Assembly (NCBI GenBank): GCA_963740635.1
Contig: CAVUEQ010000003.1
Span: forward strand, 97,350-161,349
Direction: 5' to 3'
DNA length: 64,000 bases
Source of the DNA: an uncultured bacterium
Lineage (GTDB): Bacteria; Patescibacteriota; Saccharimonadia; UBA4664
In this document: positions 36,643 through 46,716 of the stretch, piece after piece
Position numbering within the stretch: the first letter of the stretch is position 1
How the letters are laid out: every line of letters begins with the position of its first letter
The notes under the pieces: generated by a model
Seen by the model: only the letters and a program-made list of their open reading frames with translations
What the model was told of the DNA's origin: nothing
Database searches by the model: none
Position numbers and translations under genes: made by a program

Positions 36643-37761
36643 TTAGGCCACAATCTCAGTCTGGCCGGACTCGATCTTTCGCTGGTGAGCTCGACCGATG
36701 ACCTCATCGAGTGACAGAGTGATCTCACGCTGGCTGGAGTTCCGGTGGGCTTTGGCTGTCCAGTTGAACTTGACGCCCATCTCGAGCGCTGCGCGAAGGC
36801 TCTCGATTCGGAAATCGTCGCCGATCACGATCCGAAAGTTGGGCCCGCTGACGATGAGCGACAGCACCGCGTTGATACCACGGGCCGTTGTCAGCACGTG
36901 CTCATTACTGCGCCATGCCCGCGACCAGACCTCGCTGGCGACGAAGATCAGGTTGAGAGCTACCTCGGCGCGCTTTTCGAGCGATAGAGCGTAGAGGGGC
37001 GAGCCCTTGCCCATGACCGACTTCAGCGAGGCCCAAACGCCGCTGGCGTTAATGCCTTCGGTGCGGTGCCGGTTCTCGTACGGGCGCTTGACCTTCTCCT
37101 CCAGGATCAGCATGCCCCTCAAGGGGCTGCTCGTGTCGGAATTGAGCCGAAGGATCAGCTCGTACGCCTGGCGCTCGGCAGCCGAGCCCCACTCGTCCAG
37201 CTTGTAGCGCATAGCTAGATCGAGCCTGGTGTCGATGGGCTTGCGCAGGCGCTGCTGCCGGAATATCCGCAACCGCGTCTCGTAATCCAGCCCTCGGGTG
37301 GCCACAACCGGGAAGGTCCACCTCGCCCGCTCTTCGGGGTTGAGAACCTCGCAGGCACCGCGCCGGTGCTGGCCATCGTCGACCGACAGGTACGCGTCGT
37401 CTCCAGGGACGAGGAAGCCATCCTCTAGCGTCCACTCACCTTTAAGATCCCCGCAGATCGAGTCGAGCATCACGGTGTCCGGCCGGAGCATTGACTCGGC
37501 AATTGCAAGGACCTTTCTTTCGTCGAACTGCCGGTTTACGCCGTCGGAGTGGTCGCCGAAGCGTTCCACTCGGGAGATAGCGACCAGAACTTCCGCCGAC
37601 ACCGTGAAGGTGTAGACGTCGATCTCGCGCTGGCGGATAAGGTCCGCCCTAAACTTGTAATTGACCACTGTTGCCTCCAGGCAACTTTTGGGGCCTACTC
37701 TTGTTCGGCGCCCGGGGTACTCACTCTGAGCGCTGGGTACTGTCGTGGTGGCTATTGCCAT
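36643..37761 (-). CDS. DGQHR domain (DndB-like, ParB/Srx-fold) protein, stand-alone
   Basis: 372 aa containing the eponymous ..LSVDDGQHRRGA.. motif. No dnd, dpd or ssp partner genes are nearby. Confidence 0.7.
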   Translation of the reverse strand: MAIATTTVPSAQSEYPGRRTRVGPKSCLEATVVNYKFRADLIRQREIDVYTFTVSAEVLVAISRVERFGDHSDGVNRQFDERKVLAIAESMLRPDTVMLDSICGDLKGEWTLEDGFLVPGDDAYLSVDDGQHRRGACEVLNPEERARWTFPVVATRGLDYETRLRIFRQQRLRKPIDTRLDLAMRYKLDEWGSAAERQAYELILRLNSDTSSPLRGMLILEEKVKRPYENRHRTEGINASGVWASLKSVMGKGSPLYALSLEKRAEVALNLIFVASEVWSRAWRSNEHVLTTARGINAVLSLIVSGPNFRIVIGDDFRIESLRAALEMGVKFNWTAKAHRNSSQREITLSLDEVIGRAHQRKIESGQTEIVA

Positions 37762-37793
37762 TTTCCACTTCGCCAGCTTGAGTGGTGGGTAAT

Positions 37794-37822
37794 AAAGTAC
37801 TCTCTCTCTTTTAATTTATCAA
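37794..37822 (-). promoter_or_regulatory. candidate promoter of the DGQHR gene (TTGATA-17 nt-TACTTT)
   Basis: The minus strand reads TTGATA (37822-37817), 17 nt, then TACTTT (37799-37794). It lies in the 86-nt gap after the murJ stop. Confidence 0.4.
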
Positions 37823-37847
37823 GTTGTACAGTTTATCGCGTGCTGAA

Positions 37848-39437
37848 CTAAGTGAGGCTGACGGGACGGTTGAGCAGCTCGCGGGCCCGCCGGGCGAAAT
37901 GTTTGGCTTCGGCCAGCTGCATGAGATAGCACGGAATGAAGTAACTAACGGCCGCCACGCCGGTGATGGCCAGGAATTTGGGCATCAGCGTAATGAAGCC
38001 GCGGTCGGCGGCGTAAAGCGGCAGGACCTGCGAGATTAACGGGTAGAGTATGCCGGTCATGATAGCGCCGCCGATAAGCATTACCCAGACGCCGCGCAGA
38101 ATTTGCGTCTCGCCGAAGCGGCCGTAGCGCAGGCGCAGGATGACGGCGAGGCTGATGGTCTCGAGCGCGGCCACAAGACTGGCACTCATGGCCAGGCCGA
38201 CCACGCCATACGAGCGCGAAAACAGGATGCTGAGCGCGATGTTGAGCGGAATGCTGCCCAGGCTGGTGTAGAGCGGTGTGCGCGTGTCTTGCATGGCGTA
38301 GTACACGCGGCTGACGAGCATAAAGAGGCTGGTAAACACGATGGTGCCGGCGAACCAACCGAGAGTGTTGGCGGTAGTCTGGTCGCCAAAGCCATACAGC
38401 AGCCGCACGATGTAGCCGCGGGCCACCAGCGTGAACAGTGCCGACGGGATGGCCAGGAACAATATAAGGCGGGCGGTTTGCACGTAACCTTCGATCAGCT
38501 TCTCGCGCTGCCCGCCGGCCGCACTGGCGGCCAGCCGCGGGAACACGGCCGTGGTGATGGAACTGCCGATGAGCACCAACGGCACGTTTTTGAGGTTGTT
38601 GGCGAGGGCAAACTGCGCGATGGCGCTGGGACTGACGGTGGAGCCGATGATGGTTTCGACCGAATAGTTAATCTGGTCAATGCCCTGGTCGATACTGCGC
38701 GGCAGCATGAGCTTGAGCGTGGTGATAACGCCGGTGAGTTTGAGATTGAGCTCGGGCCGGTACTTGAAGCCGAGGCCGTAGAGGCCGGCCCATTGCAGCA
38801 GAGCCTGCAACATCACACCTAGCACCACGCCCCAGGCGGCGCCGAAAATCCCGAAGCGACCCGATAGCGCCACTATGCCGGTGATGATGCCCAGGTTGTA
38901 GAACACCCCGGCGAGCGAAAATATCAGGAACCGGTTGAAGGCCTGCTGCACGCTGCCGAGCACGCTGGAAATGGCGAATAGCATGGGCGTAATGGACATG
39001 ATGCGGGTGAGCTCGACGGTGAGGTCGTGAGTGGGCTGGTCAAAGCCGGGGCTGATGAGACGCGTGAGCGGATCGGCAAAGATGATAATGAGCAGGCCGC
39101 CGGCCACGGTAGCCAGGACCAGGAGGTTAAGCAGGCTGGAGGTAATCTGCCAGGCCTGGTCTTTCTCGTCCTTTTGGAGGCGCTCGGTGAGCACGGGGAT
39201 GAACGCCACGGCGAAGGCGCCGGAAACCAGCAGCGTGAATAACATTTCTGGTATGCGGAAGGCGGCGTTGTAGGCCGACAGCTCCGGCCCCACGCCAAAG
39301 TGCGCCACCAGCAGGCGGTCGCGCAGCAGGCCGAGCAGGCGGCTGAAGAGGTAGGCCACGGTGATGACCATGGTGGCGCCGGCGACGGTTTGGCGGGAGT
39401 TGGCCTGGGAGAGCAGACGTCTGGCGCGGTCTACCAT
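37848..39437 (-). CDS. murJ: lipid II flippase MurJ
   Basis: 529-aa polytopic protein. ..SRLLGLLRD.L.A..FG......AY..AFRIP..LF.. is the MurJ/MviN N-terminal signature. Confidence 0.9.
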   Translation of the reverse strand: MVDRARRLLSQANSRQTVAGATMVITVAYLFSRLLGLLRDRLLVAHFGVGPELSAYNAAFRIPEMLFTLLVSGAFAVAFIPVLTERLQKDEKDQAWQITSSLLNLLVLATVAGGLLIIIFADPLTRLISPGFDQPTHDLTVELTRIMSITPMLFAISSVLGSVQQAFNRFLIFSLAGVFYNLGIITGIVALSGRFGIFGAAWGVVLGVMLQALLQWAGLYGLGFKYRPELNLKLTGVITTLKLMLPRSIDQGIDQINYSVETIIGSTVSPSAIAQFALANNLKNVPLVLIGSSITTAVFPRLAASAAGGQREKLIEGYVQTARLILFLAIPSALFTLVARGYIVRLLYGFGDQTTANTLGWFAGTIVFTSLFMLVSRVYYAMQDTRTPLYTSLGSIPLNIALSILFSRSYGVVGLAMSASLVAALETISLAVILRLRYGRFGETQILRGVWVMLIGGAIMTGILYPLISQVLPLYAADRGFITLMPKFLAITGVAAVSYFIPCYLMQLAEAKHFARRARELLNRPVSLT

Positions 39438-40105
39438 TTGCCCGCTCCATCCGGCACGGCGGCCATGAGGTCCTTTACGACTGGCTCCAGGGCCTCGGCG
39501 ATGCGGGCGTTGGCGGCCTCATCCAGATGGATGCCGTCCGCTGTCCCCCCTTCGGCCACTTGGGCCGCGTCGAAAAAGGCGACACCGAGGGACTTGGCCT
39601 TGGCTTCATAAAGCGGCGCTAATTGTGCCGATTTGTCGCCGGCGCCGGCGAATTTCGTGTCCCCGCGGAGGTGCTCCTCCATAATGCGGGGCGGAGAAAC
39701 AATGAGCAGTTTGGGCACCGGCATTCCGAAGTCGTGGGCCCATTCACCTATTTTGTCCCAATATTTATCGAGCCCCGACGCGATCTGCTCCGGCGACTTA
39801 TTCGACGCCGCGTTGCAATCATTCGCACCCAGGGAAACCACTACCAAATCTAGAGGGAGGTGACTGCCGAGAATCGGGCCGAACTGCTGGAGTCCGTCGC
39901 GCTCAGGGAAGTTGGGGTTGTCGCCCTCAAGCATCCGGCCGCGGAGGCCTTCTTCGATAATTTCGAAGCCGGCACCGAGCCGCTCCTGCAGTTGGCAGGT
40001 CCAACGGGTGTGCTCATCGTAGCGGCCTGACTCGCCCCCGATCCGCCCCCAGACAATGGAGTCGCCGTAAATTAAGATTCTTTTGCCCCCGGAATGGATG
40101 TTCAT
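39431..40105 (-). CDS. SGNH/GDSL hydrolase family protein
   Basis: ..ILIYGDSIVWG.. (block I GDS), ..GAND.. (block III) and a ..DGIHL.. (block V)-like motif. Confidence 0.75.
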   Translation of the reverse strand: MNIHSGGKRILIYGDSIVWGRIGGESGRYDEHTRWTCQLQERLGAGFEIIEEGLRGRMLEGDNPNFPERDGLQQFGPILGSHLPLDLVVVSLGANDCNAASNKSPEQIASGLDKYWDKIGEWAHDFGMPVPKLLIVSPPRIMEEHLRGDTKFAGAGDKSAQLAPLYEAKAKSLGVAFFDAAQVAEGGTADGIHLDEAANARIAEALEPVVKDLMAAVPDGAGKW

Positions 40106-40230
40106 AGATATCCGGTTAGTTTCATGCTGCGGACATTATACCCGCTGAGGTCAGATTGGGCGACAGCCCGGAATTTGATGCTTTGGTTTGTAGGGCCAAT
40201 CCCTGGGGTAGGGACCAACCCTTTCTGGCG

Positions 40231-42126
40231 CTAGGCCGCGGCCGGGGAACTCGAGATGTCGGGGGCGACGTCCTGGGGATCGGCGCCGGGCTCGCGCGGG
40301 TCGGTGGGCTTTGGCGCGCCGGGCTTGGGGCCAATGAGGTCGGTGAACTCGTCGCGGTCGATGACCTCGTCTTTAATGAGTTTGGCCGCAATTTTGTTGA
40401 CCTGCTCGCGGTGGGTGCTAATGACCTCGCCGGCGCGCTTGGCCGCTTCGTCGATGAGGGCCGCCACCTCTTCGTCAATCATTCCGGCGATTTCCTCGGA
40501 ATAGTTGCGGCCCTCGCCGAGCTCGCGGCCCAGAAACACGGCCGCCTCGCCGGTGCCAAACACGCGGTTGGGCAGCTTGGGGCTCATGCCGTTGTCCATG
40601 ATCATGTGCCGGGCGAGCTGGGTGGCCTTCTGGAGGTCGTTACTGGCGCCGTTGGTGATGTCGCCGAAGACGATCTTTTCGCCCATGCGGCCGCCCAGCA
40701 TCACGGCCAGGTCGTCTTTGTAATCGGTGACGGAGTTGAGGTGGCGGTCTTCATCGGGGAGCTGCCAGGTGAACCCGCCGGCGCGGCCCCTGCTGATTAT
40801 CGACACCTTGTTGACCGGGTGGGCATTGGGGAGAATGTGCGCCACGATGGCGTGGCCGGCCTCATGGTAGGCCGTGATCTCCTTTTCTCTCGGGTTCATC
40901 ACGTGGGTTTTGCGCTCGGGGCCCATGAGGACCTTTTCGACGCTGGAGTTGAGGTCACGGCGGGTGATTTTCTTTTGGTCGAGGCGCGCAGCCAGGATGG
41001 CGGCCTCATTGAGCAGGTTTTCGAGGTCGGCGCCGGAGAAGCCGGGGGTTTTCTTGGCGATTTCGTCGAGGTCGGCCGATTTGTCGAGCGGCTTGCCGGC
41101 CGAGTGGACCTCGAGGATGGCCAGGCGGGACTTGTAATCGGGCGAGTCGAGGGTGACGCGGCGGTCGAAGCGGCCGGGACGCAGGAGGGCCGGATCGAGC
41201 ACGTCGGGGCGGTTGGTGGCGGCCATCACGATAACGTTCGTGCCTTGCTCGAAGCCGTCCATTTCAACCAGGATCTGGTTTAAGGTCTGCTCGCGCTCGT
41301 CGTGTCCCCCGCCCATGCCGGTGCCGCGCTGGCGGCCGACGGCGTCAATTTCGTCGATGAAGATAATGCAAGGTGCATTCTTCTTGGCCTTCATAAACAG
41401 GTCGCGCACGCGGGAGGCGCCGACGCCGACGAACATTTCCACGAAGTCGGAACCGGCGATAGAGAAGAACGGCACGCCGGCCTCCCCTGCCACCGCGCGG
41501 GCGAGCAGGGTTTTACCGGTGCCGGGAGGGCCAAACAGCAACACGCCCTTGGGGATTTTGGCGCCCAGGGCCTCAAACTTGCTGGGGAATTTCAGGAATT
41601 CGACGATCTCGGTGAGCTCCTGCTTGGCCTCGTCGGCACCGGCAACTTCTTTGAACGTGACTTTCTTTTTGTCGGAGCCGTAGAGTCGGGCGCGGGACTT
41701 GCCGAAGTTCATGGCTTGGTTCCCCTGCCCCTGGGCTTGGCGCATCATGAAGTAGAAGAAGGCAATGATCAGCGCGATCGGCCCCACGGTAATCAGGAGC
41801 TGGAACCAAATGCTCGAAGTGCCGGAATCGCTCGACTTGGTGTTCACGGTGACCTTGGAGTAGTCGATGCCGTAATCCTTGAGGGTGGCGGAGGATTCCT
41901 TGTTGGTGATTTGCTTCGGCTCGGAGGGATCTTTGAGGGTCGCCGTCAGTTTGTTGCCATCGACATCAATATGATCGACCTGGCCGTTTTTGGACTCGTC
42001 GATAAGCTGCGACAAGGAGACGTCTTTGGTTCGGACAGATGGGAGTGACACAACTACCAGGACTGCGGCCACTAGGATGGCCCCAACCAGGAAGAAAAAA
42101 CTCCGGGTGCTTCTCTTCATTTTCAC
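40231..42126 (-). CDS. ftsH: ATP-dependent zinc metalloprotease FtsH
   Basis: 631 aa. Walker [15 protein letters not shown], and the zinc site HEAGHA. Confidence 0.95.
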   Translation of the reverse strand: MKMKRSTRSFFFLVGAILVAAVLVVVSLPSVRTKDVSLSQLIDESKNGQVDHIDVDGNKLTATLKDPSEPKQITNKESSATLKDYGIDYSKVTVNTKSSDSGTSSIWFQLLITVGPIALIIAFFYFMMRQAQGQGNQAMNFGKSRARLYGSDKKKVTFKEVAGADEAKQELTEIVEFLKFPSKFEALGAKIPKGVLLFGPPGTGKTLLARAVAGEAGVPFFSIAGSDFVEMFVGVGASRVRDLFMKAKKNAPCIIFIDEIDAVGRQRGTGMGGGHDEREQTLNQILVEMDGFEQGTNVIVMAATNRPDVLDPALLRPGRFDRRVTLDSPDYKSRLAILEVHSAGKPLDKSADLDEIAKKTPGFSGADLENLLNEAAILAARLDQKKITRRDLNSSVEKVLMGPERKTHVMNPREKEITAYHEAGHAIVAHILPNAHPVNKVSIISRGRAGGFTWQLPDEDRHLNSVTDYKDDLAVMLGGRMGEKIVFGDITNGASNDLQKATQLARHMIMDNGMSPKLPNRVFGTGEAAVFLGRELGEGRNYSEEIAGMIDEEVAALIDEAAKRAGEVISTHREQVNKIAAKLIKDEVIDRDEFTDLIGPKPGAPKPTDPREPGADPQDVAPDISSSPAAA

Positions 42127-42164
42127 GTAATACTCGCCTTTAGAAAATACCCATACAGTATACC

Positions 42165-43121
42165 CTAAAGAGGGGCGTTTGTGGTGATGTGCAGAGTGCC
42201 CTTTTTTAGCATAAGCAAGATGTTTAGGCGCAACGGGCGGTGCGTGCCGGTGCGGCCGGTGCGGGCGAACGCCGCGGCTTGAGTGACGAGACGCCGGTCG
42301 AGCTGAATGCCGGGATGGAGGGCGCGGGCGGCGGCGAGGATGAGCTCCTGGAGCTGCGGGGCAGAGAGGCTATTGACGAAATCCCGGTCAAATTGGAGAG
42401 TGTCCGGACTCATGCGCGCGGGAGCAATGATGTCACCCAGGGTTTGGTCAATTTTGGTATTCAAGGCGGCTAGTTCTGCGACCAATGCCAGATAACGGCG
42501 GCGCCAGGAGGGGCCGGCGGCCGCCAGGAGACGGTGACGCAGCAGGTTTCGGGGGTTGGCGAGGCCGGCGTTGGTGGGGTCCTCGCGCCAGGCGACATGG
42601 TGGACCGCGGCGTAGGCCCGAAGCTGTGCGCGGGTGGCGGCTAGCAGGGGCCGGGCAATGGCGCCGGCGGTGAGCCCTCCCAGGCGGGTCTTCGACATGG
42701 GCGCCAGGCCGAGGCGGCCGGAGCCGCGCGCCAGGTTGAGCAGGCTGGTCTCGAGCAGGTCGTCCTGGTGGTGGGCGGTGAGGATGGCGGTGGCGCCGGC
42801 GGCGGTACGGACCTGCTCGAGCCAGGCGTGGCGGGCGGCGCGGGCGCGGGCTTCACTGGCGCGGCCGAGCCCGGCCGCCGCGTGCTCAAACGGCAGGCCG
42901 AGGCGGCGGGCGGCGGCGGCCACAAACCCGGCGTCGGCCGCGGAGTCCGCGCGCAACCCGTGGTCGAAATGCGCCACCACCAGCTCGTACCCGCGCGCCG
43001 GGGCGGCGGCCGCAAACAAATCCAGCAGCACCATGGAGTCGGCGCCGCCGCTCACAGCCAACGCGTAGCGGCCGGCCGGCGGCCAGTCCACGCGCGGATT
43101 CACAGCCTTAGCCGCCGCCAT
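42165..43121 (-). CDS. tilS: tRNA(Ile)-lysidine synthetase TilS (short form)
   Basis: PP-loop ..ALAVSGGADSMVLLDL.. and ..ILTAHHQDD..ET.L.NL.RG. Confidence 0.85.
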   Translation of the reverse strand: MAAAKAVNPRVDWPPAGRYALAVSGGADSMVLLDLFAAAAPARGYELVVAHFDHGLRADSAADAGFVAAAARRLGLPFEHAAAGLGRASEARARAARHAWLEQVRTAAGATAILTAHHQDDLLETSLLNLARGSGRLGLAPMSKTRLGGLTAGAIARPLLAATRAQLRAYAAVHHVAWREDPTNAGLANPRNLLRHRLLAAAGPSWRRRYLALVAELAALNTKIDQTLGDIIAPARMSPDTLQFDRDFVNSLSAPQLQELILAAARALHPGIQLDRRLVTQAAAFARTGRTGTHRPLRLNILLMLKKGTLHITTNAPL

Positions 43122-43122
43122 G

Positions 43123-43947
43123 TTAGCCGCCGCAGACCGATTCGGGCAGCGCGACCAAATGCTCGAAGCGCTCCTTGATTTGCGCGGCGGCCGGCGCCTT
43201 GTCCTGCGCGAAGATCACGACGCTGCCCAGGACGTCGTTGAGTTTAGCGAGCTTTTCTTCCGAGCTCGTGCCGGCGCTGGCAGCGGCGTCCGGTGGCGCC
43301 AGCCGGTTCAAAAAACTGGTGGAGGGCTGGCCGGCAAAGAAATCGCGCAAGTCATCGTGCAAAAAGGCGTCCCAGTCACGCTGTTTGTAGCCGTTTTTAT
43401 CGCCGGTGTACACGTAATAATTGGCATGCGCCGGGGGGTTGGGCAGATCGTGGCCGTGCACCGGCACCCGCACGAGTTTTGGAAACTGGTCAAAGCGGTA
43501 ACCGAGCGTGTTGGCCGTGCCGCCGATTAGTTTCCAGCCGTAATCCTTGAGCACGATGCCGCCTGTGAGGTGGTTCCAATGGATGTGCACGAACTGGTCG
43601 AGCTGGTCATGGAAATGCACCGGCTCCTTGGTGAGCGCGGCGCTGCAAATGTCCTTATTGAACTCGGTTTGGTACTTGGCGTCGGCAAAATTGACGGCCT
43701 GGCCGCCCACGATGACCTGCAGGCGGAAGTGGTAATGGGCGCTCACGGGGTGCCGCAGGGCCGCCGGCGTACTGGCGTAGGCGTAGGCGTACCAGCCGCC
43801 GACCGCAACCACAGCCAGGACGATGAGCCCCAGAACCCAGCGCAGCACTAGCGTTAGCGGATCGGGGGATTTCGGCGAAGTGGTGGCGGGGTTGTCGTCT
43901 ATGGTTCGGCTCCTCGTCTTGGGCTTTTCATTATATACCCTCGCCAA
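43123..43947 (-). CDS. membrane-anchored extracytoplasmic His-rich protein, unknown function
   Basis: 274 aa. N-terminal TM. ..HYHFRLQVIVGG..V.F........PVHFHD..D.FVHIHW.. suggests metal ligands. Confidence 0.45.
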   Translation of the reverse strand: MARVYNEKPKTRSRTIDDNPATTSPKSPDPLTLVLRWVLGLIVLAVVAVGGWYAYAYASTPAALRHPVSAHYHFRLQVIVGGQAVNFADAKYQTEFNKDICSAALTKEPVHFHDQLDQFVHIHWNHLTGGIVLKDYGWKLIGGTANTLGYRFDQFPKLVRVPVHGHDLPNPPAHANYYVYTGDKNGYKQRDWDAFLHDDLRDFFAGQPSTSFLNRLAPPDAAASAGTSSEEKLAKLNDVLGSVVIFAQDKAPAAAQIKERFEHLVALPESVCGG

Positions 43948-43958
43948 ACGGAAAAACG

Positions 43959-44405
43959 TTAGTCATGGTGGCCATGGAGAACGGCGTGGCCAAGGCCGCG
44001 GGCGATGAGTACTCGGTTGACCGGGACCGTGACCACGAAAGCTATTGCGAGTGAAATGGCTAGGCTGAGCCAAAACAGGATGGTGTTGAGGCCGGCGTTA
44101 ATGGCGCCGGGCACGAGCAATATGAAGCCGTTGTCGGATAGCTCCATGGTGGCGATGGACACGGTGTCGGAGGCCAGCGCCAGGCCGAGGGCGCGCCTGA
44201 ACGAGAGGCCGGTGCGCAGCAAGGGAGCAATGGTGAGGCTGTAGCCAAACACGAACGCCAGGGCGGTCGAAATGATGACCGACGAAGCGTTGCTCAGACC
44301 TAGCGCCGTGGTGAGCACCATGCCGAGCACCTCGCCAATGGCGCAGCCGGTGAGGCAATGGCGGGTGGCGGCGACGGCCTGCCTGGTAAGGTCATTTTGA
44401 GACAT
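43959..44405 (-). CDS. DUF4396 domain membrane protein
   Basis: 148 aa. ..RHCLTGCAIGEVLGMV.. is the DUF4396 N-terminal motif. 4 TM helices. Confidence 0.6.
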   Translation of the reverse strand: MSQNDLTRQAVAATRHCLTGCAIGEVLGMVLTTALGLSNASSVIISTALAFVFGYSLTIAPLLRTGLSFRRALGLALASDTVSIATMELSDNGFILLVPGAINAGLNTILFWLSLAISLAIAFVVTVPVNRVLIARGLGHAVLHGHHD

Positions 44406-44805
44406 CGGTGAGGCTCCGCAAGGTTAAGCCGGCAACATTGGCCCCGAGAAGAGCCTGGTCGTTGGTAACAAAGTTGCCGGCGCCGGAAATGATAGCGCTG
44501 CCGAGGTGAATCGCGTCGGCCAGAGCCAGCCGGTGGTGCCGCCGCAAACGGGCGGCTTCTGTGAGCACCGGCGCGGTCACCGGTACGAGCCGCAGATCGA
44601 GCGACCGCAAAAAGTCCCGCACGGCCTCAATGTCCCCATCATTTTTGACCGTGTGATGGCTGAGCAACTCGGCTATTACCAGCTCTGAAGCTTCGAAGTG
44701 CATCTCTCTTGGCGAATGGAAGAGCCGCAACGAGAGAGGACCATATCTCGGGTGGGCTGTGAGAATGTAGATCAAAATGTTGGTGTCGACGGCCTGGTTT
44801 GCCAT
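44392..44805 (-). CDS. vapC: type II toxin VapC (PIN domain ribonuclease)
   Basis: 137 aa. ..AVDTNILIY.. plus downstream acidic residues (..E..) and ..LADAIHLG.A......FVTND. Confidence 0.8.
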   Translation of the reverse strand: MANQAVDTNILIYILTAHPRYGPLSLRLFHSPREMHFEASELVIAELLSHHTVKNDGDIEAVRDFLRSLDLRLVPVTAPVLTEAARLRRHHRLALADAIHLGSAIISGAGNFVTNDQALLGANVAGLTLRSLTDVSK

Positions 44806-45051
44806 TTAAGCGTAGTGCTTATCCCGGCGCACCTGGCGCTGATAGGCCACTGGGTCCTCGGAAGCGACCCACAGACCGTAATAATCTTCAACCGCTTTGG
44901 CGGGCACAAGAATTATCTCGCTGCCTTTCCCGACCGAAAGCGTCACTCGCTGACCGGGCTGGATGTGCAAGTGCTCCCGGACCGTTTTCGGAATAACAAT
45001 CTGATATTTCGACGAAACTGTGGAGTCGCCGCGAGTAGAAGATGATTTCAT
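44806..45051 (-). CDS. vapB: AbrB/SpoVT-type antitoxin (VapB-like)
   Basis: 81 aa. ..VSSKYQIVIPKTVREHLHIQPGQRV.. swapped-hairpin motif. The stop abuts the vapC start. Confidence 0.75.
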   Translation of the reverse strand: MKSSSTRGDSTVSSKYQIVIPKTVREHLHIQPGQRVTLSVGKGSEIILVPAKAVEDYYGLWVASEDPVAYQRQVRRDKHYA

Positions 45052-45110
45052 GCGTACAACGTAACACGCCGTAAAACGACACGCAAGCGTTTTACATGTA
45101 GAATGAAACC

Positions 45111-45689
45111 ATGAACACGAAACCGGAAATTCGTGAGGCAGGCAAACGAATGCGAGCAGAGCTCGGGGCCGCCGCCCGGGCCGAGCTCGATCGGCAACTG
45201 GTGGAGCGGTGCCGCACGGAATTGGATTGGCGCGGGTTCCGGCAGGTGATGGTGTTTTTGCCGATTGAGCGCCAGCACGAAATTAACACCTGGCCGCTGG
45301 TGATCTGGCTATGGGAGACTCAACCGCAGCTGGCGGTGTACGCGCCGGTGATACTGGGCGGGGGCATACAGGCGGTGCGGATTACGTCCGGGTCAACGTT
45401 CACTACCAGCCGATGGGGCATTCCGGAACCGTTTGACGGCCCTCAGCCGATGGCCGATGAGCCTCTCGACCTGGTGTTCACGCCGCTGCTGGGGTTCGAC
45501 GACAGCGGCAACCGGGTGGGCTACGGGCGCGGGTTTTATGACAGTTTTTTGGCTTCACAGAGCGCCGCGATGATTGTGGGGCTGGGCTACGAAGCCCTGA
45601 AAGTGCCCGGGGGTATACCGGCGTCGGAGCGCGACGTGCGGCTGCAGGCGGTGGTGACCGAGGCCGGGTTCAAAGCGGTTACAAAGTAG
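45111..45689 (+). CDS. 5-formyltetrahydrofolate cyclo-ligase
   Basis: 192 aa. ..D.V..PLLGFD..G.R.GYG.GFYD.FL.. is the MTHFS signature. Confidence 0.85.
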   Translation: MNTKPEIREAGKRMRAELGAAARAELDRQLVERCRTELDWRGFRQVMVFLPIERQHEINTWPLVIWLWETQPQLAVYAPVILGGGIQAVRITSGSTFTTSRWGIPEPFDGPQPMADEPLDLVFTPLLGFDDSGNRVGYGRGFYDSFLASQSAAMIVGLGYEALKVPGGIPASERDVRLQAVVTEAGFKAVTK

Positions 45690-45776
45690 CCTTGGCCATA
45701 CGCTAAAAGCGAAGCGCCTCGTTGATACAACGAGGCGCGTTCACCCGTGCGGGTGGTTCTGGTTCTGTTCCGGGCC

Positions 45777-46238
45777 TTACCGCTGAGAGGCGCGGAGCGC
45801 AGCATCGATGATCTGACCGCGGTAGCCCTCATCTTCGAAGCGTGCGTGCTTCTGGTAGCGCATGAGCTGGCGTAGCAACGTGCTCGCGAGAGCGGGGTTG
45901 TCCGGGCAGAGACCCAGGAACCGCATCACGGCGTCCTCGAGGTCTTCGGGCCAGCCTCTCACGAGCAGGACCAGACGAATACCGGTCGTCTGCGCGGTTA
46001 CTGTTAACGCCTTCGCAAGGCCGAGGATGTTGCGGTCCAAGACCAACCCGTCGGCTGACACCAGGCAGTAGACGCCGTAAACGGCATTCAATGCCTGGTT
46101 GACCCGGTCAAGCGATTCGCTGACCGTGAGCTTGGGGAACTCCTTGCGCAGGTACTTGACCAGTTTGATGCGGTCGGCGCCGGGGTTTTCGCCGACAAGG
46201 GTGGTGGCATAGTCAAGGACAGTCGATTCGGTTGTCAT
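45777..46238 (-). CDS. hypothetical protein (153 aa)
   Basis: The track ORF 45777-46445 was trimmed to the ATG at 46238 (GAGAGG upstream), because the extension runs through a tRNA gene and its terminator. Confidence 0.5.
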   Translation of the reverse strand: MTTESTVLDYATTLVGENPGADRIKLVKYLRKEFPKLTVSESLDRVNQALNAVYGVYCLVSADGLVLDRNILGLAKALTVTAQTTGIRLVLLVRGWPEDLEDAVMRFLGLCPDNPALASTLLRQLMRYQKHARFEDEGYRGQIIDAALRASQR

Positions 46239-46350
46239 GTCGGTGCCTCTCTGGGCGTGTGCGGTCCTGACTCGGCGGCGAGCACAGGAATGAACAGAAT
46301 GATTATGACATATATACTGTTTATGCAAAGTCATTGATTTGACACAGACA

Positions 46351-46376
46351 TAAAATGAGCCCGACCGAAGTCGGGC
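46351..46376 (-). terminator. intrinsic terminator after tRNA-CAU
   Basis: GCCCGAC-ttcg-GTCGGGC (46376-46359) is followed on the minus strand by TCATTTTA. Confidence 0.65.
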
Positions 46377-46384
46377 ACATTTTA

Positions 46385-46459
46385 TGGTGGCTACGGCTAG
46401 ATTCGAACTAGCGACCAAGGGCTTATGAGTCCCCTGCTCTACCACTGAGCTACGCAGCC
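46385..46459 (-). tRNA. tRNA with anticodon CAU (elongator Met-like; Ile2 not excluded), CCA encoded
   Basis: Reverse complement GGCTGCG..CTCATAA..GTTCGAATC..CGTAGCCACCA. G1-C72 are paired, so it is not an initiator. The acceptor stem resembles E. coli tRNA-Met(m). Confidence 0.85.
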
Positions 46460-46716
46460 ATACGGGTACGAATTGTAAAAGTTTGAGGGTGAGAACGCAA
46501 CCTCCTGAAACTATTAGACCATGATTTTGCTCGTGCAGTACTTACTCGGAGGGGGCGGTGATTCTTAAATCGATGGCATAATAACATCTACAGATAGGGG
46601 TCTGTGATCTGATGTCTAGCCGGAACGCAGTCCGGATCAGTTTTGGCCGCTTATAGGCGGCTGGCGGTGGCGGCTGTTTAGGGTTTTGAGGCTAAAAAGC
46701 AGCTACACCATTATTG

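Noticed and set aside
46239-46445. N-terminal extension of ORF 45777-46445
   Set aside because: The extension is read through the reverse complement of a tRNA gene and its terminator. An internal ATG with a GAGAGG SD at 46238 is the plausible start.
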